Shown here: positions 11,040 to 23,865 of the stretch, piece by piece | How the letters are laid out: the number at the start of each line of letters is the position of its first letter | How positions within the stretch are numbered: the first letter of the stretch is position 1 | NCBI GenBank assembly: GCA_051453625.1 | Contig: JBOZIK010000001.1 | Location: 48,331,910 to 48,385,577 of the forward strand | Reading direction: 5' to 3' | DNA: 53,668 bases | Source of the DNA: Welwitschia mirabilis | Taxonomy: Eukaryota | The notes under the pieces: model-generated | The model's database searches: none | Seen by the model: the letters and a program-made list of their open reading frames with translations, nothing else | What the model was told of the DNA's origin: nothing | Position numbers and translations under genes: made by a program

Positions 11040-14000
11040 GTTTAAGGATCTAGGGGTAGAAACTTTTAGTATTACTTTAGAATAAAATAAAAGAATAAAA
11101 AAAGCCTTGATTAATATAGAAGCAAGTGTTAATATTATGCCTTTACACATTTGTCAATGATTTGAGTTGGAAAGTAGAATTGATCCTATAAGGATTGTCT
11201 TAGAATTAGCAAATATGATAGTAAAAAAACCTTTAGGTGTATTAAAAACTTAATGATTTAAATAAAAAAGTAATTCTATCCTATAGATGTAGTTGTGATA
11301 GAAGTTAATCATAGCGGTGATTATCCATTACCTCTAGGTGGAGCTTTTTGTGCAATAGCTCATTGTATAATTAATAGCAGAACTAAAATAATAGAATGTC
11401 ACTTAGGAAATAAAAAGTTTACAATAAGAGTATTTAATGCCATTGAAAAAGATTTAGGTGATGAATTAAAAGTTGAAGAAGAGATTAAATCTAGTTTATT
11501 GTTACAACATTGTCTACTTAAAGAAAAATGATCAATGCTTTATAAGCCAACTTTGTTGTATGATTTACTTGAAGTAGACAATATGAAAGTTTTCAATGAT
11601 GATTAACTTAATTATGGGAATTTAGAAACTGACTATTTTAATCACGAGAGTAGAAAAAATTAAAACTATCAACTATGCAGAAGCTTAAGATTTGAACAAA
11701 AATTAGACTTCTTATTTTGAGGGAGGTCGTCTACTACTGCTATCTGGCCAACAGTTTGAAATGACAGTCAATTTTATAAAAATTTAACAGAAAATAAAAA
11801 TCTAAATTTAAATCTAAAACCTTTGCCTAGTGGACTGAAATATATCTTCCTATGTAATGATTAGAATAAACCTTTAATAATAAATGAAAATCTTTCCCCT
11901 TTATAATAGTCAATTTTAATCTCAATTTTAAACTCTAAGGTTAATGCATTTGCTTGGTTCCGCATAGATTTAATAGTCATTCCTACCTATATTATTCAAT
12001 ACAAAATCTATCTTGAGGATAATGAAAAACCTATTAAGAAACATCAATGTAGACTAAATCTAGCCCTTAAACAAGTCATAAAAGATGAAAAACATTAAAT
12101 CAATGGATGTTGTAATCATTTATGCCATAGTGGATAGTGAGTGGGTTAGCCCTTTGACAGTAGTACCTAAAAAAGGTGGGAAATAAAATATGTGTATTAA
12201 TTTCAGAAAATAAAATGAAGTAAGAAAGATCATGGTCCTTTACTTTTCCTCGATAAAAAACTTAATAGAATTTAAGGACATGATTTTTATTTTTTTTTTT
12301 TAATGGGTATAGTGTTTACAATCAGGTTTCTATTACTAGTGAGGGTTAAGCTAAAACTGCTTTTAATTCATCTTTTGGAAATTTTTATTTTAGATGCATG
12401 CCTTTAAAACTTTTCAATGCTCCTAGTACTTTTCAACATACCATAATGGGTATTTTTTCTGATATGTTAGAGGATTCAATAGAAATTTTTATGGATGATT
12501 TCTCAATCTATGATGAAAGTTTTAAACAAATCTTAGAAAGGTTAGAGAAAGTCCTTAATATATGCATTACTAATGGCCTGCATTTAAGTTAGAAGAATCA
12601 CAAGATGGCCAAATATCAAAGGTATTTCTTTTTAATTCATTAGTGATCTTGACTCGGTGAGTTTTCTCTTATGTGAAGAACTGTTGGCATTAATCCTATA
12701 CATGTTGTATGGACTGGTAGAAAAATGAGGTTGGGAAGAGGCTTGTATCATGAGAAAGTAGAGGGTCAACCTATCAGAGACAACATGAATTTTGGTAATT
12801 TACCATTCTCTTTTTTCTAGTGATGAATCTTGTCTACATTTCTAAGAAAACGAAATCCCAGGGTTTAAGTGTGAAAACACATCAGAACTTTGAAGAACTT
12901 CAAAAACGAAAAGAGATGTTGACTAAAGGTCCAAAATTTCTATGGGATTTTGGTGCAAGAAGCACAAAGGGATTCATAGAATATTCAAATTTGTTCTCTT
13001 TCCAGATGAGGAAGTTTCTTTTTAGTTGATAGTGAAATTGTCTTAGGTTATCATATTTCTATAAAGAAAGTAGGATGGACACTGGAAAAGTTAGTATCAT
13101 TAAAAACATAACTTGTCTAATTAATATAAAAAAAAGTTTAACCTTTCCTTGGTAGTTATGATTTTTATCATTGGTTTATTCAAGATTATGTAAAACTTTA
13201 TAAACCCCTTCATTTGTTACTTGAAAAAAAAAGCTAAATTTGATTAGAATAAATCTTGTCAACTTGTTTTTAATACACTTAAAGATAAAATATCTTCTAC
13301 TCCTATTGTAATAATACTTGATTGGAATAAAGATTTTAAGTTAATGTGTAATGCTAATAATATTGTCATAGATGGGATGCTTATTTAAAAATATGAAAAT
13401 GATTTTAAGGTTATATCTTATCATAGTAAAACTATGCCTAAATCTCAAATGAATTATACTACTATAGAAAAAATATGTTATCAATTATCTTTTTCCTTGA
13501 TATGCTTAGACATTATTTTTTAGGGTTTTCTATAAATATTTATACTAATCATGTAGCACTTAGATACCTCATGATCAAGAAAAATTTTAATGCTAGACTA
13601 ATTAGGTAGATCATCTTCATATAATAATTAAATTTAACCATCATTGATAAAGTAGGAAAGCATAAGAGTGTATTAGATCATTTATCACATCTTTCTTCCT
13701 CTCTTTATGATCTTATGATTAGTGATTCTTTTTTGGATGAAATTTTTTTTGCTATGTCTTCTACTCATCTTCTCTTTAGTATTCTGATATTGTTAATTAC
13801 CTTATTACCATAAAAACACCACAACATTAGACTTATCATCAAGGCAAATCCTTTTTCCATAGAATAGGTAATTATGAATGAATAGAGCCACATCTTTATT
13901 GTAGGTGTAAAGACCAAATCATGTAAAAATCTATGCTTGAATGGGATGAATATAACATCCTTCATCTTTATCATGGTGGTTTTTGTGGAGGTTATTTCAA

Positions 14001-15020
14001 TGGATAGAAAATAGCTATAAAAATACTTCACTGTGGTTTTTATTAGCCTACTCTTTTTTCATGAATATTTTGATTTTGCTAGAAGGTGTGATACTTGTCA
14101 ACATGATGGTAGCTTTATTTGTGCTTAAGAAATGCCCCTTAAATCTATTCTTAAATATGAACCTTTTACTTATTGGGGACTTGATTTTATAGGCCCTATT
14201 AAACTACCTTTCAATAATAAGAACTACATTTTAGTGGCTATTAATTACATTATTAAATGAGTTGAAGCTATTCCTACTTTTATGAATAATGCCCAAACTA
14301 TTTGTACTTTTCTTATAACTTATATTTTATAATGTTTTGGTTTTCTTAGGACTATCATTAGTGATCAATGGATTTATATTATTAATTAATATTTTAGAAA
14401 AATTATTTTATCCATTGAAATAGAACATAGAGTAGCTTATGCTTATCATCCACAAACCAATGGTCAAGACGAAAATGCAAATAGAGAAATTAAGAAAATG
14501 CTACAAAAACTTTTCTCTATTAATAAGAAATATTGGGTTTCTAAGCTTAATGATGTTATTTGGGCTTACCATACTACTTGATGTAATTCTCTTGATTTTC
14601 CAACTTATGAACTTGTATATGAAAAATTTTGTGTTTTACCTATTGATGTACGTTATAACTCTTATCATGATTCTTATTAGCTTAATATTGTAGACATTTA
14701 TGAGAATATTAAATATAGATTATCCCAACTAATCACCTAGATGAAAAATGTACTTGTGCTATAAATCATCAACTAATTCATAAATCCTAAGCTAATTACA
14801 AACATGATAGAAAGTTACTTCATAAAAAGTCTGAACCTAGTCAACTTATCCTTTTATATAGTACTAGAGTACATCTTTTACATAACAAGTTGACCTCTAA
14901 ATGATTAGGTTCTTATCTTATAGAGAAAGTACATTCTAATGGCTTTATTGATATTTCCAACTTAGAAACTAAGGAGATTTAGAAACTTAATGGACAAAGG
15001 TTGAAAATATATGAAAAAAT
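11040..15020 (+). pseudogene. pol: Element A pol (AP-RT-RNaseH-INT), many stops and frameshifts
   Basis: AP ALINIEASVNIMP. RT: LKPLPSGLKY, WVSPLTVVPKKGG, MPLKLFNAPSTFQ..IEIFMDDFSI. RH: NYTTIEK, YTNHVALRYL. INT: CDTCQ, WGLDFIGP, YHPQTNGQ, GQRLKIY. Confidence 0.95.
12598..13012. other. ~415-bp non-retroviral insert within A reverse transcriptase
   Basis: RT reads ..GLHLS*K on the left and resumes ..FFLVDSEIVLGYHIS on the right (canonical LNWEKCHFMV..GIVLGH.IS); the intervening DNA is unrelated. Confidence 0.8.
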
Positions 15021-16779
15021 TTTGATGCAATCTTGAATATGGTAGAAGTAATTATTTTTGATATTGTTCTCAATGAGGAGAACTTCCACCTTATTATTGT
15101 CTGAATTCTCTCTTAGCTTATTCCTTTGATAGATGTTATGATGTCACTTGATCATCTTTTGAACTTAACTATGTGTTGATTTATGAAGTTTTTATGACTA
15201 GTATTCATGCTTGGGCATTTTATAGTAATAAGATTATGTTTAATCAATCTTAATATATTCCTGTATCTATGAACTTTACTTTGAAAAAAGATGCCTTAGT
15301 TATTTTGCTTTTTTTCAATGGTGTGAGGTCTTTAGTTGTTTAGGTATATTCTTTTCTATCTTTTATTATACTTATTCACCTTCATCTTTTTGAGTATGTG
15401 ATCATGTGGAAATTATTTAGGGAAAAAAGTAAAAAAGGTAAAAATAAAAAATAGAAAATAATGACCATGATCTATTGTATTTGTACTTAAAAAATGCATA
15501 GTCACCATGATGTCTTATCATTTCAGCGTAAATTTTTCTGAAAGGAACCTTTGATAATGTTGGTAGCTATGGGAGTTCTAATAGGGGATCAGTTAGTCAT
15601 GCTTCATGGGTTCTTACTTTCCTAACTATAGCTGCACTTCCCTCATCATGAAAAAGTTACAATAAAATTTGAGACTATGGGATTAGTGGTGTTCCTAATA
15701 TCATTAGAGGCATTGGTTGTTTCCTAGGCTCTTAGTGTTTCCGCATGGTCATTTTACTTTTGAGGATTCAAGTGTGTTTTAGAGTATGAGTAGATGAGTT
15801 CATGTCTAAGTAGCTTTTTATCTTATCATTTATGTTTTTAAGAACTTAATCTTTGGTATCATAATCACTTCTTTTTTGAGTGGAACTATATAGAGTTAAT
15901 ACATTTTATCATGCATTTTTACTGAAGTGGCTTTATGATGTCTTCCATGGGAGTTTGCTAGTTTAGAATTTAGGATAAGTAAGAAATCTTCTTCATGTTC
16001 CTTGTATTCATTTTTTTTCTACTTTTCTTTGTCTCTTTATTTTGTTATTTCAAAGTCATTTTCATACCTTCTCATCCTTACCTAGGACCTTATCACTTAG
16101 TAGTTTCCTTATTATTATTCATGAATATCACGTGATTTTATAAGATTCCTTTGTATATTTTATAGTTTTATACTTTTTATTATTTATTTTCAGGTCGGGC
16201 ACATTTGTTCAGTCTTCTTGTCAAGTTTCAACCTACTTAACATCTTTTCATTAGCCTATTTTTCATTTATTTTGAATTTTTTTCATCATCCTGGTTTGTC
16301 ATGACTCTTTATTATTTATTTTTTTTTAAAACTTTATGATAAATTCTGTTACCTTTATGATAATACCTATGCCTAATTTACTGGGCTAACATATTAATTT
16401 TTGAAAAAATTTTCCAAGTCCCATTATTCACTTGGTCATTCAGACAACATAGAGAATGACACTGAGATTTTTTTTAATAGTCATCCTAGGGTTGTCGACA
16501 GTGTGATAAAATCATAAGCTCATTTCTTTTTTCTTTTTTTTATTTCTTTATTATTTCCACCCACTCTTTTGAGAGATAATGGTTCCCCTAGTTCTTGATA
16601 ACATCCTAGAATTTTTCCTTACCAGATTCACTCACCAGATTCTTAGATTTTTGTAATTTTTAAAAATTGATGTATGTTTTTCTTTCCATTATTTTTTTGA
16701 ATTTTTCTCTTATTTCTTAGCCTTTCAATGCATTATTTTCATGTATGTTGTTTAGTTTTTTAAGCTCTTCAATTAGGAA

Positions 16780-18468
16780 CTTATGAATTTGATTTTCACT
16801 GTGTATTTTGAAAGTTACAATGAATTGTGCATTTTATGAGATAAAATCAGGTTTTTATCTTTCACACTCATTCTTGCACAAACCATAAGTCAAAATGTGG
16901 TGGTTATTTAGAGTAAATTGATTAGTATGACATGTTCTACATTTCTATTAGATTAGATTTTTCATTTGAATACTTTGATTTATTACCTTATGTGAGGCCC
17001 ACCTAAAATCATTTTTTATACTTTTCATGTGTTTCACACTTTTTTTTCATAAGACTAGGCAATACAGAATGTATTGACACTTTTGAGGGGTAACATGACA
17101 TCTTTTCATATTTTTTTCACATTTTTAATTGATTTTTAGGGATAATTTGAGCATCCATGTGACATATTCTAGCAATGATCACTAGATATTATGTGATTTA
17201 TTGCATATTTTTGATTGAGTAGGCCCTATACACATAGATATAGATAGGATGAGGCTAAGGCTGAAGCTATTGAACATGAGAAGGCCTCATTGGTACCATT
17301 GGAGGTAGAGTGCATAGAGTTAGTGCATTCTCCACCTTGACACATGATATCTCTCATCATTTAGACTACTTTCATTCATGTTGAGAGATATTTTGAGGAT
17401 TTTATGAGATGATTAGAGTTGAGTTAGATTAAAAACTCATAGATTTATAATTCTAGTAGATTTTAGATGCACATGAGGCATATTACATTTTAGAGACTAG
17501 GGAGTTCTATGATACCATGCATATAGAGTGACATCCTAATTTTCATGGACACCTAGTAGACATGATTATAGCTATGATTTAGAACCACGAGCTAGCAGTC
17601 CTCTCAAATCACATTGTTGTATTGACAGATCATTGTGGTATTGGAAGTATTCACGTATATTCTGTTAGTGGAACAGAGAAGCATAGTACATATAGTATGA
17701 TATTTTATATTCCAACAAATTTAATTCTAGATAGGTAGGCTATTTTAGTGACATAGTTGACTCCTACCTATATGATTTTGCATAAAGGACTGATCCATAA
17801 CATTAGCTCATATTTATATGACAATGGTGAATTATCTATATATCTTAGTAGCATTCAAGTAGGGTGAGAAGATGGACTTACCCATATTTACATAGAGGAG
17901 ACTCAGGTTCATGATGGAGGCATGATAGTTATAGATGTTGAAATATCCATACCTCCTTTTAGCCATGTTTAGATGCTTTAAGATACTAGAGCCCATGGGC
18001 AAGTAATGACTTACACACATATCGACTTTAGCATAATATTTATAGGACATCGATATATAGGTATTAAAAAAGATAAAGAGACCTCAGTTTTAGAGATTCA
18101 TAGTTTGCTTTTTATTAGAACAAATTTAGGCCCTTCTAACAGAGACCACTAAGGCCATCAGAGGTTTCATTGGTGAAGGTATTTCAACACTTAAGCAGAG
18201 GATCTAAATAGTTAAGAAAAAGATGTAGATGATTAAAAGGAGAGTGTAGCACTTTGAGGAGCAGTTGGTGGATGTATGTTAGGGCATTCTATCTATTAAG
18301 TAGAGTGTAACAATCGACCTTCTAAAGGTATTTCAAGTATAGGGAGATGATATAGTACATTATATCTCGACATCATTAGACCTTCATTTTCCTGTAAACC
18401 CTGAGCATCCTCTCTTATCTTCTCCTACACCTAAGCCTGCTCCTCATTCTGAGTTCATCATGAGATGA
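16780..18468 (+). pseudogene. Extra 3' ORF of A (Athila env-like/ORF3 remnant); start approximate
   Basis: LV(R)..MFY and (R)GVT..FN(R)FLG-like motifs near 16920-17145. One frame at 18061-18468 gives a coiled-coil-like stretch (TLKQRI*IVKKKM*MIKRRV*HFEEQLVDV) and a Pro-rich tail. Stops are TAG/TAA, consistent with CAG/CAA deamination. Confidence 0.6.
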
Positions 18469-19006
18469 TAAGGGGAGTGATTTATGTATGTTATATTTTG
18501 TATCCTCTTCTTCATATTTATTATACCAAAAAGTCATGTTATATATATACACATCTTATTTTGAGTTTTAACATGATGTACATTTTTGGATTTCATGCAT
18601 ATTTACCATTTCTATACTTTATCATGAGGATTGTTTATATTTTCCATGATCATTTTCTTTATCTACTATATATTTTAGTGGGGGACTATTAATTATTAGC
18701 ATATTTAATGATTATCTTTTTGAAAAATTTTTTCTCAGATTTTTGGTTTTTAAGAATATTTTTCATCTTATCATCCCTTATATCATCTAGATGATGATCT
18801 AGATGACAGTATGGCTAGTGCACTACATAGGTAAAATGTTCATTTATCTGTTTTTGACAATTGGGTCTGCATCTTTGAGATTTCTAAAAATTTTTTTGAG
18901 ATTATTTTACAATTACTTAGTTGTTTTTATTGATAGTTAACTTAACTCATAATCCTGGTTATCTGCCTAGTATTGTCAAGGACTAATAAGACTAAGTAGA
19001 GGGCTA

Positions 19007-20752
19007 TGTTATGCTACTAACTTGTATGTATCTGATAGGATATTTTGAGTAGTTATGTAATACATTATATAGGTTTATGCTAAATTTTGATGATAATGAA
19101 GAGCTAAGACAAATGACACAAAAATGTGCAATCTTCATTACATTTTATAGCATTTGAGTCAATTTATAATATTTTCTATTTGAAGTAAAATCTTGCAAAC
19201 AATAAGGCTAATGCAATACATGAAGAACTGTAAAAAGACCTATCATCCACCTCATCATCTAGAGTACTGTATAGATGAAAAAACACCTAAGCTAAAAAGG
19301 ATGCCAACCAGAATCAATCTAGAAGCTGATGTGGAAATCTTATGAGATGGCATCATCCCATACATCGTCTAGATGACAAGCAAGATAACACCTAAGATAA
19401 ATGCTTCACTAAACTTACTAAACTTTGTCCATTTGTCTCACCCTTTCGTGCATAGTTATTAGTGTTATTTATGTATCTACTAGTATGTTCTAATTTTAGA
19501 ATCTGTTTTGCAATAAATAACTCCTTCATTCTTGACTCTGTTTTCATCTTTGTTTGCACCAGAAATTCTTGTGACAAACGATCAAGGGGCTATAGCTCCA
19601 TTCATTATTATTGTAAAGAGACATCTTCCTTGGTGTTGGGCTATGTACGTTTCATTGAGGTGCTACTACTTTATAACATAAATGTTGGTTCACTTTTAAT
19701 CAAAACCATGTTNNNNNNNNNNNNNNNNNNNNNNNNNNNNNNNNNNNNNNNNNNNNNNNNNNNNNNNNNNNNNNNNNNNNNNNNNNNNNNNNNNNNNNNN
19801 NNNNNNNNNNNNTGGAAATCTTATGAGATGGCATCATCTCCTGTATCAGTCAAATAAGCATAATGATGATACCTCAAATAGATGCTTCACCAAACTTTAC
19901 TAAACTTTTGTCATTTGTCTCTCACTTTCTCGCATGATTATTAGGTTCTACTCATGCCTGTTAATCTTGATTATTTGTAAAATCTATTTTATTAATAAAT
20001 ACCAGCTTCGCCCTCAACTTCATCTTATCTTTATTTTCATTAAAAATTTTCATGATAGGAGATCAAAGGACTAGGGATTTATTCATTATTATTGCAAAGA
20101 GACATATTCCTTGGTGTTAGGCTATGCATCCTTTATTGAGGTACTGTTACTTTGTAACATGGATGTTGGTTTGAATCTAATTCAAAACTCTTCTTTTCTT
20201 TTATATTTTTTACTTTGTGCATGTCCCTTATAGTTTAGATTACTTTCTGATTTTGTGATGGCTTCTTTAATGATATAGATCATGAGAGTAACCTTTATTA
20301 AGGTTAACATTGTTAGTTTAAGTGCATTGTATTTCCTTTTCTAAATTAACTTTGCATTGCTTTTATATTTTATTTGATGTATCAGAGATATTAGGTTGGT
20401 CTCAATTTGGTGATGACATTTTCTAATTGAGCTAGGTTATATGGGGCCGATCTTTGTGATAGGCTAATATAGTAATTAAATAAAAGTTACACTTAGTTTA
20501 AACTTGCATTTTATTTGTATAAGTTCATTTGCATTATTATTTCTACATTGTTATTTATTTCTACTTTAAAGGATATGTAGTATTTAATTCTTGAAATCAA
20601 TTCTCTTTCTTATCGCCTATTCCTTCAATAAGAATACAACATTTGAATTACTCCCAACTATATTAGTGTTGTATTGTGTAAAATCTATATTTATTTATGA
20701 ATGACAGGATCTTCTTAAGAGCACAACATTTGCAAAAATATGCATTGCAACA
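19007..20752 (+). repeat. Element A 3' LTR (internal duplication across the 100-N gap); PPT 18990-19006
   Basis: TGTTATGCTAC...TTGCAACA preceded by GACTAAGTAGAGGGCTA. 19332-19712 is repeated from 19813. Confidence 0.85.
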
Positions 20753-21899
20753 CTGGTTAACCTCTATGCAATCAACCCTTAATCTTGATTAGTTAACCCC
20801 ATTATCAAAATGAAGTATTGCAAACATATATAGGTGGTCGACCCCTAGTAATAAATGGTTGACCTTTCAAGTGATTTTTTCTTGTTTCCTTCTTCTACTT
20901 TATGTCTCCAAGCATCCAAACATTCTTCAAGGCCTACACAAACCATATAAAAATTAGATTTAATTCATTAAGATTTAGTGTCTCATCGATTAATAATTAG
21001 GAGATGTAATAATATACCCCTTTGTCATTGATGATAACTAAATTTTCTTTGATGTTCCCTTTAAGTTTATGCTCCTTATGAACCTATCCATTTCGTGGAA
21101 TCATTGATAGAACATCATACATTGTATAATATGTAAAGGTATTTATCAACTTGAATATCATATTATTTCTTAAATATCATATTCTTTATCCTTCTCTTTA
21201 TCATCAATGACTAGGGAGGAGGTGCAAGAAACAATAGAGAAAATAAAGCTTACATTGTAATAAATAATCACTATAAGTGTTTAAAACCAATATTAAAGAA
21301 AAAATGATACCAGTTGTTAGAGAACACACATTGATACCAATTGATATACATAATATAAAAGAATTAAATAATAATCATATGACCTACTATCACAATTGCA
21401 AGCTTAAAAATAGCTCCCCCCTTATTGTGTGAATCTCCTATACAAATGTAATAGAAATAATAAATGTCCTAGAAAAGTACATTTACAGATGTTTAAAATA
21501 TGTAAGAGCTTAATGCTAAGAAACATGATTTACAATAAAATTTAAGAGAAAATGCATTACTAATAAGATTATTAAGCACAAAATATTTTCCAACAAAAGA
21601 TGTGACTTGTATAAATACAAATACTTTTGTTACATGCTATTAAATATGAAGATAGTGTGAAAGAGTAACATAAGCACACTCATATACATTATAAATAAGA
21701 AAGGGTACATTATAATAATTTAATAATTATATAAGTCTAAGTTCAATATCCTTTTCTTTTTTTTTTCATACTAGCACAAATATTCCATTTCAAAAATCAT
21801 GCTTAGGGGATATTTTTAGAAATAAGATAAATGTGTAATCATTAAAAAAATAAATGCATAAAAATAAGGAATCACATGTTTAATAAAATATCATCAAGA

Positions 21900-23800
21900 T
21901 ACATGATCTCTATTATTACTTCATTTACAATTAAAATATGGTCTTTTAGGAATAAACTTAAAGCCTTTCATAGTATCAAACTTTCTAAAGTAATTACTAT
22001 ACCTACAAGATAATTTATCATGACCAAATCTATTGCAAAAATAACATATAGAATGTTTCTATTTATTTTACCATATTAAAAAGAACAATAGTAAGGTTGG
22101 ACATTACCTCATTTTAAAACTTTTTTCAAAAGAGTTGTTACTATTGGGAACTAAAGCCAACTTATTAGATACATTAGGCCCAAAGATAGATGAAGACAAG
22201 TATCTAATACTACTTATGTCGAAGGATGATATTTGCTTTAAAAGTATATTCTTTAAAATTTTTTTTCTATAGAAAAATTCAAAATAATATTATGTAATTT
22301 ACTAATTTTATTGAATATACACTTACATTCCTTTTCCTTTTCTTTTATAAGTTCTTGAATGTAGTTAACATCTTTTTCAAACCATGAAGTCCTATGTGCT
22401 ACTTTCTTCTTTATTAGACCAAGTTGACTTGAGGTAGATTTTTTCTACTCATTTAGCTCTTTAATATTTTTCTTAAGAAGAAAGTTTTATTTTAACATTT
22501 CTTTGCTTTCTTCAAAGAGCTCTTAGTATGCTTTCATTGGATCCTCTTCTTGTTTATCACCATTTTTTTATTCAACTTTAATCTCTTTAACTTTTGTAGT
22601 ATCATTAGCATTAATCTTGTAGAACCAATAACTCTCTTCATTACTCTTCATCCTATACATTACTTAGAGCATTCTTTAATTCTAATTCATGAGGGTTACT
22701 TAAATCAAAATTAAAAGCATCATTTACCTTTGTGATATATGCCACATCATGAAAGGTGAGTGTTAGAAAAAATAACTTGTCGTTACTTTGAGTATTCTCT
22801 TGATCTAATTAATCACTATTCTAAGTAGTCATTTTGCATCTCTTATTAGAGTTTCTTCATGCCTTCTCCTTTTTGTTATTTTAAAACTCAGTTTTCATGT
22901 GCTTAAATCCTTTACATACATAGCATAGGATACTTTTCTTTCTTGAGTTTCCCTTAGATATTTAAGATGTTGTGTCATGATCCTTTCTATTTCTCTACTT
23001 TCTATCTTCCTACATCTTATTAAACTTTCTAATGAATAAAGTAAGTTCTCCATTCATACCAAAATCAAAATTGAAAGATGAAAAACTAAAAGAATCATTA
23101 TTTTTAGAAAGAGATAAATTATTTCCATTGAGAGCCATACCTTTTCTTTTGTTACTTTTGTAAAGATGGTGTAATTCAAACATTAAGATGTTACTTAGCA
23201 ACTCGTCTAGCATGATCTTTTCAATGTTTTTTATATTTTCAATGGAAAATACCTTATTTTCATATGCCTTTGAAAGTTATCTCAGGATCTTCTCAACAAT
23301 TTGGCTTGAGTTAAGAGGTTATTCAAGCCCCCAAAGTCCATTAATGATGTCCATGAATTTGTTATTGAAGTCTATGAATGTTTCATCTTCTTGCATCTAG
23401 ATTTGCTCAAATGTGTTATTAACATTTACTTCTTTGTCTTTTTGATTTTTCTGGTTCATCCATATGTCACCTATAAACAATTCCAAATCTCTTTATTCGT
23501 AGAAACATTCCTTACCTTTTTGTAGTATTCCACATTGATATCATAGCTTATGGGATTCATGGCTTCCTTATTAAGCACAACCTTGTCTTCATCAGCATCA
23601 TCCCATCTACTTCTTGGTTTGATCACAAAAGTTTTAATATCATTATTTACTTGTACTTCCATAGAAGATTCAAATCCTTCTTTAATAACAGTCCAACAAT
23701 CAAAGCTCATGGCTTCAATACAAACTTTCATTCTAGTCTTTCATATATCATAGTTATCCCCATTAAAATATATAGGATAGTTTACTAATTAGCCTTCCAT
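21900..23800 (-). pseudogene. gag: Sirevirus-type gag
   Basis: MEG*LVNYPIYFNGDNYDI*KTRMKVCIEAMSFDCWTVIKEG, LDELLSNILMFE, and two knuckles: CYVCKGFKH (~22895-22927) and CYFCNRFGHDKLSC (22005-22046). Confidence 0.85.
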
Positions 23801-23865
23801 GTTTAAATACCTATTAAATAATTAAATTATAGTAAAATAAATCTATATTAAAGCTTTGATACCAA

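Larger units (their letters stand above)
1..20752 (+). mobile_element. Element A: Athila-like Ty3/gypsy LTR retrotransposon, decayed; 5' LTR outside the window; interrupted by element B
   Basis: Gag fragment 1-149 (..EELVDYFYS) continues at 9827 (GFNSQIKLLTD). Gypsy domain order AP-RT-RH-INT at 11040-15020, a long 3' region with an extra ORF, then PPT and LTR 19007-20752 (TGTT...AACA). Confidence 0.9.
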
